Assembly (NCBI GenBank): GCA_013213965.1
Contig: JABSSR010000113.1
Coordinates: 1 to 47,785, forward strand
Direction of reading: 5' to 3'
Length of the DNA: 47,785 bases
DNA from: Verrucomicrobiales bacterium
GTDB lineage: Bacteria > Verrucomicrobiota > Verrucomicrobiia > Verrucomicrobiales > DEV007
Within the stretch, counting starts at the first letter, position 1, and every line of letters starts with the position of its first letter. The notes under the pieces are model-generated. The model was not told the origin of the DNA. It made no database searches and was given only the letters and a program-made list of their open reading frames with translations. Both the position numbers and the translations under genes were made by a program. Shown here in pieces: positions 16,996 to 26,723 of the stretch.

Positions 16996-17547
16996 TTAGC
17001 TTTTAATAACTTTTTTCCATATTTCGCATTCCCCTACTAAACCAATAAGATAAAGCATATCTTCAATCTCACTTTCATCAGGTATAATTATTCCTTCTTC
17101 CTCTATTTGCTGCATGTCTTTAGGAAATTTAGAATCAGGTAAAACCCGGGAAGCAATTGCAAAACAAGCCCAAGATCGCCAAGTCCTTATTTCGGCACGC
17201 GGACCAGACATTCTCGTTGCATAGTGCTGCCAATGCCTGCGAGGATTTGCCAGAAATTGCCCCCTCTTATCAGGACGGTCCATCAAAATCCATTTAACGG
17301 AAGCATAGGGAATCGCATACTGCTGCAAATATTCTTCGTCACCCGAAAGATCAGTAGACATCGCTCGGTTCAATTGCAAAAGGGCCTGAGCTGGCAATCC
17401 CTTAATCCATTTTGTTTGCGCATATTCGAGACACATTCTGTAAAAAGACTCTCCCCTTTCTTGCCCAATGGCTCTGGAATCTTTAGCGCTAACAGGTTTC
17501 TCAATAGACGGCAACAAAGGGCAAACCTCATTTACATATGACGGCAT
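16996..17547 (-). CDS. Conserved-looking hypothetical protein (183 aa)
   Basis: An intact ATG ORF packed between gltD and xylA on the same strand. It is helical and Trp/Arg-rich (NPRRHWQHYATRMSGPRAEIRTWRSWACF). I can assign no family. Confidence 0.6.
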   Translation of the reverse strand: MPSYVNEVCPLLPSIEKPVSAKDSRAIGQERGESFYRMCLEYAQTKWIKGLPAQALLQLNRAMSTDLSGDEEYLQQYAIPYASVKWILMDRPDKRGQFLANPRRHWQHYATRMSGPRAEIRTWRSWACFAIASRVLPDSKFPKDMQQIEEEGIIIPDESEIEDMLYLIGLVGECEIWKKVIKS

Positions 17548-17631
17548 ATTTAAAATAAATCTGAATTAATATCTTTCAAGATAGCATCAGCTATTCTGAG
17601 CCAAAATAGTTCAAAACAAAAATACTGCCAG

Positions 17632-19215
17632 CTACTTGGCAGCGACTATGCCTCCTTGAGTAATCCCAGGAGCAGGCAAAAGACTATTACCCATTAAGTA
17701 AATATCAATTGCCCTAGCAGCGCCACGACCCTCATTTATTGCCCAGACCACTAAGGACTGGCCTCGACGACAGTCTCCGGCAGTAAATATGCCCTCAACA
17801 TTTGTAGTAAATTCACCATGCTCACCAATGAAGGTTTGCCAGTTCCCTCTTGGATTTTGAGTCTCCACACCTAACATCTCTCCCAGTTTAAGCTCTGGCC
17901 CTACGAACCCAGTGGCAAGCAAAACCAAGTCAGCAGGCCATTCTTTTTCCGTACCTACGATTTCACTAAATGGAGGGCCTCCTTCAACTGGATTTGACCA
18001 GTCAACTTCAACCGTTTTAACCCCCTTAACTTTGCCATTACCATCATCAACAAATTCCTTTGCAAGGATGTGATATGCACGAGGATCATCACCGTTTTTC
18101 GCTTTATTCTCTGCATGCGAATAATCGAGCCTATAGATTCTTGGCCACTGTGGCCAAGGATTGTTTGCTGCACGCTCAACCGGAGGCTTGTCTAATAGTT
18201 CGAAATTAACGACGTCCTTACATCCATGCCGTAAGGAAGTCCCTATGCAATCTGCGCCAGTATCACCTCCACCGATAACAATGACATGCTTATCACTAGC
18301 AGATGTATAACAGCCATTTTTTAACTCAGAATCCAATAAACTCTTGGTATTACGAGTCAAGAAATCCATAGCAAATTGAATTCCTTGTAAGTCACGACCT
18401 GGGTTCTTTGCCGTGGGATCAAATGGTTTAGTGGCTCCGGTAGCTATAAGAAGAGCATCGTTATGTTTTAAGAGATCATTTGGATCAATGTATTGAATCT
18501 CACAACCGTTCTCCTCCATGACCTGTGTCATATGACCAGATTCAAAGTTTTCCTTCGTTCCAACATGAGCACAGTTTACAAATTTAACACCTGACTCCCT
18601 CATCAAAGCAATTCGCCTTTCAACAACGCCCTTATCCAACTTCATGTTTGGAATTCCATACATCAGCAATCCACCAATCCGGTCAGCGCGCTCATAAACG
18701 GTAACTTCATGACCAACCTTGTTCAGTTGGTCAGCAGCAGCCAATCCGGCCGGACCCGAACCTACGATGGCAATTTTCTTTCCGGTACGCTCTTTTGGTT
18801 GATTCGAATTAACCCAACCTTCCTCAAAGGCACGATTAATAATGGTATTCTCAATGTTTTTGATAGTTACAGGAGGATTTGTGATGCCTAACACACACGA
18901 TCCTTCGCAAGGTGCGGGACAAACACGACCAGTGAATTCAGGAAAATTATTGGTTTTATGAAGGCGTTCAATTGCCTCTTTCCAGCGATTCTGATATACA
19001 AGATGATTCCATTCTGGAATAAGGTTATCTATCGGACATCCATTATTTGATTGACAAAAAGGGACCCCGCAATCCATACAACGCGCCCCCTGTGTCTGGA
19101 GATGTTTTTCCTCAGGGCTGGTATTAATTTCATCATAATCCTCCAGGCGCTCAAGTGGATCACGATAAGGCACTGCCTCACGCTCAAACTCCATAAATCC
19201 TGTTAGTTTCCCCAT
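17632..19215 (-). CDS. gltD: Glutamate synthase (NADPH) small subunit
   Basis: Fe-S Cys clusters ([19 protein letters not shown]) and dinucleotide motifs ([22 protein letters not shown]). It lies immediately downstream of gltB. Confidence 0.92.
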   Translation of the reverse strand: MGKLTGFMEFEREAVPYRDPLERLEDYDEINTSPEEKHLQTQGARCMDCGVPFCQSNNGCPIDNLIPEWNHLVYQNRWKEAIERLHKTNNFPEFTGRVCPAPCEGSCVLGITNPPVTIKNIENTIINRAFEEGWVNSNQPKERTGKKIAIVGSGPAGLAAADQLNKVGHEVTVYERADRIGGLLMYGIPNMKLDKGVVERRIALMRESGVKFVNCAHVGTKENFESGHMTQVMEENGCEIQYIDPNDLLKHNDALLIATGATKPFDPTAKNPGRDLQGIQFAMDFLTRNTKSLLDSELKNGCYTSASDKHVIVIGGGDTGADCIGTSLRHGCKDVVNFELLDKPPVERAANNPWPQWPRIYRLDYSHAENKAKNGDDPRAYHILAKEFVDDGNGKVKGVKTVEVDWSNPVEGGPPFSEIVGTEKEWPADLVLLATGFVGPELKLGEMLGVETQNPRGNWQTFIGEHGEFTTNVEGIFTAGDCRRGQSLVVWAINEGRGAARAIDIYLMGNSLLPAPGITQGGIVAAK

Positions 19216-19239
19216 GATAAATTATATTAAAAAATGTAA

Positions 19240-22200
19240 TTAAGCGACCAACTCTTTGGTAGATTGTTTCCGTTCCTGAAGAACCCTTTTGTAGTCAGTC
19301 GGCATGACCTTTACAAATTCTTGCAGTGATTTACTCCAGTTATCAAGAATCGCTTTGGCGACTGTAGAATCAGTGATTTGTGAATGCTCGGTAATTAGTT
19401 CCTTCAACTCAGCAATATCATCAGGATCTACGACTTCCTCCAACTCAACCATTTCCATATTACACTTTGGAGCAAATTCATTTTTTGGATCCCAGATGTA
19501 TGCAATACCTCCTGACATGCCAGCAGCAAAGTTACGGCCAGTCGGCCCAAGAATTACAGTACGGCCTCCGGTCATGTATTCGCAGCCATGATCACCAACG
19601 CCTTCGATAACTGAATAGGCCCCACTGTTACGAACACAGAAACGCTCAGCGGCGTGTCCCCGGAAAAATGCCTTTCCCCCAGTCGCTCCGTACAAACAAA
19701 CATTACCTGCAATAATGTTCTCTTCTGGAACAAACGTAGATGATTTAGATGGATAAATTGCAAGCTTACCACCTGATAAACCCTTACCGACGTAATCATT
19801 AGCATCACCTTCTAATTCAATACTAATCCCTTTGGCCAAAAAGGCACCGAGACTCTGTCCCGCTGATCCTGTAAATTTTATTTTGACTGTGTCCTCGGGG
19901 AGTAAATCTTCTCCATGCGCCTTGGCAACCTCGTTACTGAGTATTGCACCTACGGTTCGATCAGTATTAATGATAGGCAATTCGATATTGACCGGTTTAC
20001 CATCTTCAAGTGCTGGCATTGCTAACTCAAGAAGTTTCATATCAAGCACCTCTTCGAGGTCATGATCTTGAGATTCCGTACAGTATGTTCCGGCATCTGG
20101 ATGAGGTTTTTCTGCGGGAGTAAGTATAGTGCTTAGGTCTATCCCGTCCGCTTTCCAATGATCAATGACTTTCTGCATTTCCAGTGCATCAACTCGCCCG
20201 ACCATTTCATTCATTGTGCGAAAACCTAGATCTGCCATGATTTGCCTAGCCTCTTCAGCAACCATGAATAGATAATTGACAACATACTCAGGCGATCCGT
20301 TGAATTTCTTGCGTAATTCTTTGTTCTGCGTAGCAATACCGACAGGGCAAGTATTTAAATGGCACTTGCGCATCATTATACAACCCATCGTGATTAAAGG
20401 TGCAGTAGAAAAACCCATCTCCTCAGCACCCAATAACGCCGCAATGACAACATCACGTCCGGTTTTAAGACCACCGTCAGTCTGAAGAACGACCCTGCTC
20501 CTTAAATCATTAAGCACTAGTGTTTGATGAGTCTCAGCGATACCTAACTCCCAGGGAAGACCTGCGTGCTTAATACTTGTTAGAGGAGAAGCGCCGGTTC
20601 CTCCAGTTTCTCCTGAAATCAAAATATGGTCTGCCTTTGCCTTTGTTACTCCTGATGCGATCGTACCAACGCCTACCTCAGAAACTAGCTTAACACTTAC
20701 ACGAGAAGCACGATTTGCATTTTTAAGGTCATGTATCAGTTGAGCCAGGTCTTCGATAGAATAAATGTCATGGTGTGGCGGCGGGCTGATGAGCCCGACA
20801 CCAGGAGTACTGTGACGAATCCGCGCAATATTATCATCAACTTTTTTACCAGGAAGTTCGCCCCCTTCTCCTGGCTTTGCTCCTTGAGCAATCTTTATCT
20901 GCAATTCATCAGCATTTGTCAGATACCATATTGTCACACCAAATCGGCCCGAGGCAATCTGCTTAATAGCAGAACGTTTAGAATCGCCATTCGGAAGGGG
21001 ATGAAACCGACTAGGATCCTCCCCTCCCTCGCCCGTATTGCTTTTACCTCCTAATCGATTCATGGCAATCGCCAGACCTTCATGCGCCTCAGCGGATATG
21101 GAACCAAAACTCATTGCTCCGGTACAGAACCGTTTTACTATCTCACTAGCTGGCTCAACCTTATCGATCGAAATAGCAGACCCGTTCGCATCCTTCTTAA
21201 ACTCCATCAGACCACGAAGTGTGCACAATGCTTTGTTATTGCTGTTAATATGCTGAGAAAATTGTTGATACGATTCAAAATTGTTAGTCCTGGCTGCTAA
21301 CTGCAAAGATGAAATCGACTCAGGGTTCCACGCGTGCTTCTCTCCGTCAGCCCGCCAGTGAAATTCCCCTGGATTCGGAAGCACTGGCGTCCTGTTTTCA
21401 TCTCGGGGCGGATAACCTAAGGCATGCCTTCTAAGCATTTCCTCAGCTAATTCATCCAAGTTAAGTCCTTGAACGCGACTAGCCGTTCCAACGAAGCACA
21501 AGTCAATGACATCATCTTTAAGGCCTATCGCTTCAAAGATTTGTGCCCCTTTATATGAATGCAACGTCGAGATTCCCATCTTTGCCATCACCTTTAGCAT
21601 TCCCTTCGCCACTCCCTTCAAATAAGCATTAACCAAAGACTCGTCGTCATGAAACTCTTCGGGATCCGTCAATCCCTCTCGACGAGATTTCCATAACGCC
21701 TCAAAAGCAAGATAAGGATTAATAGCATCTGCTCCGTATCCTACAAGTAAGCAGTGATGATGAACTTCCCGCGCCTCTCCAGTCTCAAGCACCAAACCAA
21801 TCTGTGTTCTCAAGGCATTTCTGACCAAGTATTGATGAACTGCACCACATGCCAGCAAAGTGCTTAGTGGAACACGATCCTCAGAGATGAATCTGTCGCT
21901 CAGTATAGCCAAGCTATAACCTTCAGTAATCGCTTGCTCAGCTTCACTGCAGATCCTCCCAAGTGTTTTTCGAACACCGTCAATGCCATCAGATCTTGGA
22001 AACGTAATGTCAATTATTTTAGATTTCCACCCACGATGATCCATCTCCTTTAAAGCCTGCAACTGGTCGTTACTGAGAATGGGATGAGGCATGCGCAGTC
22101 TTTGAGCATGACCTTCAGTCGTTTCAAGGAGATTTTTCTCAGGCCCAATATAACATTCGAGAGACATTATGACTTCCTCCCGAATCGAATCAATTGCCGG

Positions 22201-23799
22201 ATTAGTTACTTGGGCAAAAAGTTGCCGGAAATAATCATACAGCATTCTTGGCTTATCACTTAAGCATGCAAGGGCTGCGTCATTACCCATTGAGCCGAGC
22301 GGGTCACGCTTCTCATTAACCAGAGGGAGCAGCATGAATTGCATCGTCTCAGTGGTAAATCCAAATGCCTGCATCCTTTGCAGGACACTTTCATCCTGAA
22401 GCCCGGGAACATCACCTCTGGATTCAATGTCAGAAAGATTAATCCGCTGATTCTTGAGCCATTCCCCATAAGGCCTATTAGCAGCAAACTCAGACTTTAT
22501 TTCTTCATCGGGTATCATTTTACCCTTTTCAAAGTCAACAAGGAACAGCTTGCCTGGTTGTAGTCGTCCCTTGGCAATAATCTTGGAAGGATCTACCGGA
22601 ACTACTCCAACTTCACTGGCCATGATGACACGATTGTCTTCCGTTAAATAATAACGGCTTGGGCGGAGACCATTGCGATCAAGTACAGCTCCGATATATT
22701 TACCATCAGTGAAAACTATAGAGGCTGGACCATCCCAAGGTTCCATTATGCATGAATTATATTCATAAAAGTCACGCTTCTTTTGATCCATCTGCTTGTG
22801 CTTCTGCCATGCCTCAGGAACCATGAGGAGCACAGCTTCCTGGAGTGTCCTTCCAGACATCAAAAGAAATTCAAGAGCATTATCAAAGTTACCTGAATCA
22901 GAGCACTCTTTTTCCATTATTGGATACAGTTTCTTAAGGTCATCACCCAGCATATCGCTACTGAGCGTCCCCTCCCTTGAACTCATCGCATTAATATTGC
23001 CACGCAGGGTGTTTATTTCCCCATTATGACTCATGAAACGGAAAGGCTGTGCACGGTCCCAACTTGGAAATGTATTCGTTGAGAATCGGGAATGAATCAT
23101 CGCGAGATGTGTCTCGAAGTCAGGATCCGCCAAGTCACTGAAATATTCAATGACCTGTGCAGTATTAAGCATTCCTTTATAAATCATTACCTTTGTCGAC
23201 AAACTGCAAATATAAAATAGAAGCCGTTCCTCTAAATCCTTATCAAAACGCAATTGATGACTGGCGCGTTTTCTAATTATATATAATTGTCGCTCAAAAT
23301 CATCGCCCCCCAAACCGTCAGAGGCTCCAATAAAAAGCTGCATTATATAAGGTTCAGCCGCACGCGCTGCTGGACCGACATTAGCTTCATCAGTCTGAAC
23401 AGGAACATCACGCCAACCCAAACAAACCTGACCCTGCTCAACAATTATTGATTCCACTACTTCAATGCACCTCTTCCTCTCACTCTCTCTTTTCGGCAGA
23501 AAAACCAATCCCGCACCAAAATGTCCCCTTGGCGGCAGTTCAATTTCTAAATCTTCCCTAGCCACTTTGCGTAAATAACCCTCAGGAAGACCTACCAGTA
23601 TACCTGCTCCATCACCTGTATTGGGTTCACATCCACAACCACCCCGATGCTCCATTCTTACCAACATCTCCAAAGCATCAAGCACAATTTGGTGACTTGG
23701 TTCACCTTTCATATTCGCCACAAAACCAACACCGCAACTATCCTTCTCATAAGAAGGGTCATACAGGCCATGTTTGTTGGGAAATGTCTTTAGAGACAT
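19240..23799 (-). CDS. gltB: Glutamate synthase large subunit
   Basis: About 1520 aa with an Ntn amidotransferase start ...KDSCGVGF and the FMN/3Fe-4S central and C-terminal GXGXG domains. I trimmed the start to the ATG at 23799 ([22 protein letters not shown]). The track start at 23886 adds 29 non-conserved residues. Confidence 0.95.
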   Translation of the reverse strand: MSLKTFPNKHGLYDPSYEKDSCGVGFVANMKGEPSHQIVLDALEMLVRMEHRGGCGCEPNTGDGAGILVGLPEGYLRKVAREDLEIELPPRGHFGAGLVFLPKRESERKRCIEVVESIIVEQGQVCLGWRDVPVQTDEANVGPAARAAEPYIMQLFIGASDGLGGDDFERQLYIIRKRASHQLRFDKDLEERLLFYICSLSTKVMIYKGMLNTAQVIEYFSDLADPDFETHLAMIHSRFSTNTFPSWDRAQPFRFMSHNGEINTLRGNINAMSSREGTLSSDMLGDDLKKLYPIMEKECSDSGNFDNALEFLLMSGRTLQEAVLLMVPEAWQKHKQMDQKKRDFYEYNSCIMEPWDGPASIVFTDGKYIGAVLDRNGLRPSRYYLTEDNRVIMASEVGVVPVDPSKIIAKGRLQPGKLFLVDFEKGKMIPDEEIKSEFAANRPYGEWLKNQRINLSDIESRGDVPGLQDESVLQRMQAFGFTTETMQFMLLPLVNEKRDPLGSMGNDAALACLSDKPRMLYDYFRQLFAQVTNPAIDSIREEVIMSLECYIGPEKNLLETTEGHAQRLRMPHPILSNDQLQALKEMDHRGWKSKIIDITFPRSDGIDGVRKTLGRICSEAEQAITEGYSLAILSDRFISEDRVPLSTLLACGAVHQYLVRNALRTQIGLVLETGEAREVHHHCLLVGYGADAINPYLAFEALWKSRREGLTDPEEFHDDESLVNAYLKGVAKGMLKVMAKMGISTLHSYKGAQIFEAIGLKDDVIDLCFVGTASRVQGLNLDELAEEMLRRHALGYPPRDENRTPVLPNPGEFHWRADGEKHAWNPESISSLQLAARTNNFESYQQFSQHINSNNKALCTLRGLMEFKKDANGSAISIDKVEPASEIVKRFCTGAMSFGSISAEAHEGLAIAMNRLGGKSNTGEGGEDPSRFHPLPNGDSKRSAIKQIASGRFGVTIWYLTNADELQIKIAQGAKPGEGGELPGKKVDDNIARIRHSTPGVGLISPPPHHDIYSIEDLAQLIHDLKNANRASRVSVKLVSEVGVGTIASGVTKAKADHILISGETGGTGASPLTSIKHAGLPWELGIAETHQTLVLNDLRSRVVLQTDGGLKTGRDVVIAALLGAEEMGFSTAPLITMGCIMMRKCHLNTCPVGIATQNKELRKKFNGSPEYVVNYLFMVAEEARQIMADLGFRTMNEMVGRVDALEMQKVIDHWKADGIDLSTILTPAEKPHPDAGTYCTESQDHDLEEVLDMKLLELAMPALEDGKPVNIELPIINTDRTVGAILSNEVAKAHGEDLLPEDTVKIKFTGSAGQSLGAFLAKGISIELEGDANDYVGKGLSGGKLAIYPSKSSTFVPEENIIAGNVCLYGATGGKAFFRGHAAERFCVRNSGAYSVIEGVGDHGCEYMTGGRTVILGPTGRNFAAGMSGGIAYIWDPKNEFAPKCNMEMVELEEVVDPDDIAELKELITEHSQITDSTVAKAILDNWSKSLQEFVKVMPTDYKRVLQERKQSTKELVA

Positions 23800-24041
23800 G
23801 ATTTTTTGCAATGTAGGTATGAATGTGCAAATCTGCTTCCGACTAACCGTAAGCATTCTGTTGTAGCGGGATTTTAACCTTTCCAAGATAACCTGAAAAA
23901 AGGGCGCTTAATCTAACCAGCTACTGATAAAAACCAAGTAGAAAGCAAAAGACTTAATTATTAGGGATGTAGAATACGCTAATAATTAGAGTATTAGACA
24001 ATTTTCTTTATTTTTTGGCGACTTTTAAGCAAAAAACATGC

Positions 24042-25109
24042 CTAAATTGCTGCAGAATCGGGATAACTGCCCAAAATCTTTATAAAACTACAGTGTTCCT
24101 CAAGTTCACCGAGTGCTTGAGCAAGGTCCGGATCCTTACAATGCCCGACAATATCGACAAAGAAATAATATTCCCAATCGCGCTGTTTTGATGGCCTGCT
24201 CTCAATTTTAGACATGTTGATTTTAAATGCATTGAACGGTTGTAAAGCGTCAAACAATGAACCGGGTTTATCACGCACAGAAAACATCACAGATGTCCTA
24301 TCGCTACCTGTAGGTGGACACATGTTATGACTCAATACTAAGAACCTTGTAGTATTTGTTGCACGATCTTGGATACTCTCTTCCAATAACTCCAAACCGT
24401 TCAACTCAGCCGCAAGCTTACCTCCCAACGCCGCTGCCTCTGGCTCGTTAACGACTATAGCCGCTGCACGAGTAGTGCTTGAAACTTCAATCAAATCAGC
24501 GTTAGGAAAATTTTCTTGTATCCATTCTCTGCACTGACCAAAGACTTGAGGATGGGAATATAGCTTCTTTATATCTTCGCGCGAAATCTTTGCCATTAAT
24601 GCGTTTTCGATTGGTAACAATATTTGAGAGCAAATCCTCAGAGGTGAATCTGCAAACATGTCCAAAGTATGATTGACTGCACCTTCCGTTGAATTTTCAA
24701 TAGGTACTACACCATAGTCTGCCTTTTTTCTTGCCACTTGATCGAATACTGCAGACAAGCTTTCCTGCGCAGAATAACTAACACTGTGCCCAAATTTACT
24801 TATAGCAGCCTGATGAGTCCATGTGCCCTGAGGTCCAAGATATGCAATTTTGAGGTCTTCTTCAAGAGACAAAGCAGCTGACATTATTTCCCTATAAATA
24901 GCACGTATCGAATCTTCAGTTAATCGCCCTTCACTTTTTTCGGCCAATCTCTTTAATAGACTCTCTTCTCGCTCCGGTGCATATATTTCAATCCCATCCT
25001 TCTTTTTGATCTCTCCGACCTGATGCACTAAATCAGCTCGCTCATTAAGAAGTTTTAGCAACTCGGTATCGAGGGCATCTATCTGTTCCCTAATGGAATC
25101 AAGAGACAT
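24042..25109 (-). CDS. pheA: Bifunctional chorismate mutase/prephenate dehydratase (P-protein)
   Basis: N-terminal CM helix (IREQIDALDTELLKLLNERA), PDT domain with NTTRFLVL, and ACT domain with SKIESRPS. Confidence 0.92.
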   Translation of the reverse strand: MSLDSIREQIDALDTELLKLLNERADLVHQVGEIKKKDGIEIYAPEREESLLKRLAEKSEGRLTEDSIRAIYREIMSAALSLEEDLKIAYLGPQGTWTHQAAISKFGHSVSYSAQESLSAVFDQVARKKADYGVVPIENSTEGAVNHTLDMFADSPLRICSQILLPIENALMAKISREDIKKLYSHPQVFGQCREWIQENFPNADLIEVSSTTRAAAIVVNEPEAAALGGKLAAELNGLELLEESIQDRATNTTRFLVLSHNMCPPTGSDRTSVMFSVRDKPGSLFDALQPFNAFKINMSKIESRPSKQRDWEYYFFVDIVGHCKDPDLAQALGELEEHCSFIKILGSYPDSAAI

Positions 25110-25168
25110 ATCAGTGATAAATAGATTATTCTAATTGGGACTCATTGATCCCGCAAGTCAGTAGCTAG

Positions 25169-25885
25169 TTATTCCTCCAAGGGGGGATTTGGATCCTCAT
25201 TTTCTTTAGATCCTTCAAAAGAATCATTATCCTCTTCATCCAAATCACCGTCATCTGTTGAATTTACACCAGCTAGCGGTAACTGTTCTCCATCAACTAT
25301 TTTGGCTTCGGGTTGAGGCAGTTCTACCTGCCTCAGTTCAGAAGCATTAGGCAAATCCTCAACATTTTTTATCCCAAAATGCTCCAAAAAGTTTGTTGAT
25401 GTTTCATATAAGAATGGCTTCCCAGGTAAGTCAGCACGCCCCCCGATTCCGACTAAACCTTTTTCTACTAATGATTGTAAAACGCCATCAACATTCACTC
25501 CACGAACTGCTTCTATAGCCGCTTTGGAAATGGGCTGTCTGTATGCCACAATTGCTAACGTTTCCAACGCCGGAACACTTAATCGGGTCGGCTTTAAATC
25601 GGGAAACAGCTCTCGTAAATAAACCCCATATTCAATCCTGGTGAATAAACTCCAGCCGCTTGAACGCTCTTCAATTACATAAGGAGAATTTTTCTTTTCA
25701 TAGAATCGGTTAAGTGCGTCGAGAACTTTTCCAATTTCCTTAGCATTGACCGAACATAATTTGTCGTCAGGCACTTCCTTCTTAGAAACTTTACGTATAA
25801 TTTTTGCGATTAACTTAGTTGTAATCGGCTCCTTAGAGGCAAACAGCATTGCCTCTACAATTTGATTAAGTTTCATTTTCGGCAT
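25169..25885 (-). CDS. scpB: Segregation and condensation protein B
   Basis: EAMLFASKEPI and LETLAIVAYRQPISKAAIEAVRGV are ScpB winged-helix signatures. It has an acidic C-terminal tail. No scpA is adjacent. Confidence 0.85.
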   Translation of the reverse strand: MPKMKLNQIVEAMLFASKEPITTKLIAKIIRKVSKKEVPDDKLCSVNAKEIGKVLDALNRFYEKKNSPYVIEERSSGWSLFTRIEYGVYLRELFPDLKPTRLSVPALETLAIVAYRQPISKAAIEAVRGVNVDGVLQSLVEKGLVGIGGRADLPGKPFLYETSTNFLEHFGIKNVEDLPNASELRQVELPQPEAKIVDGEQLPLAGVNSTDDGDLDEEDNDSFEGSKENEDPNPPLEE

Positions 25886-25981
25886 TACCTTTGTGAATTC
25901 AGAATGTATCTAATATCAAAAGTGCCACAACCAATAGTCTTCGGGCAGGAATAAATAAAAATTAAAGATTCAGAAATTTGG

Positions 25982-26551
25982 TCATCCACCATTCAACTCC
26001 GAAATCATCTTCGTGCTAAAATCACGGGCATCTTTAGAATACAGAAGAAAACTTATGCCCTTAGTGCTACGGGCTGACTTATTAAATACTAAATCATATC
26101 CTTCTTTCTTGGAATGCTTGCTAACTGCAAGCTGAATTTCTTCTAAGATTACGTTCCTCTTACGTTTAGACATTTCCATTAATTGCATTTCGCGCTTCCT
26201 TGCAAAATCAAGGACTCCGTCTCGCATAACTCGAGCTTCATCAGCAACTTGTTGAGCACGCTTTTGACTAGCCGCCCGAACCTCTCTGCTACTTACGGGA
26301 TCTGCAATTTCTCGCTGCAACACTTTAAGCCCATTTATTTTTTCTTTGAGCTCATTATCACGCTCTGAAACATCCTTACGCGCAGTGTCTCGCTTTTTCT
26401 GTATCTCTTTTTCAATTTCTTTGGTTTTATGGTATTCACCAAAAACCCTGTTCATATCAACGATACCTACTTTCATTTCCTGAGAAATTGCAGGAAACGT
26501 GAACAAAGATGACAAAGCGAAAAGAATAAAATAATAGAATATTTTTTTCAT
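25982..26551 (-). CDS. skp: OmpH/Skp-family periplasmic chaperone
   Basis: I trimmed the start to the ATG at 26551 (MKKIFYYFILFALSSLFTFPAISQE, a signal peptide). This is followed by VGIVDMNRVF and a K/E/R-rich coiled-coil of typical Skp length. Confidence 0.8.
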   Translation of the reverse strand: MKKIFYYFILFALSSLFTFPAISQEMKVGIVDMNRVFGEYHKTKEIEKEIQKKRDTARKDVSERDNELKEKINGLKVLQREIADPVSSREVRAASQKRAQQVADEARVMRDGVLDFARKREMQLMEMSKRKRNVILEEIQLAVSKHSKKEGYDLVFNKSARSTKGISFLLYSKDARDFSTKMISELNGG

Positions 26552-26723
26552 ATTTGCCCTAAGATTACCCCGCACACAACAGGAGTCAAAACCGAAACAT
26601 ACAAATGCCGCTGAATCCCAAGGCTTGGCCCTCATCAACTTAATGAGCAATCATCACACATTAGTCGAATAATTAACAATTTCAGGTTTTTATCAAACCA
26701 CACAAGCAACTATCATTGACCAT

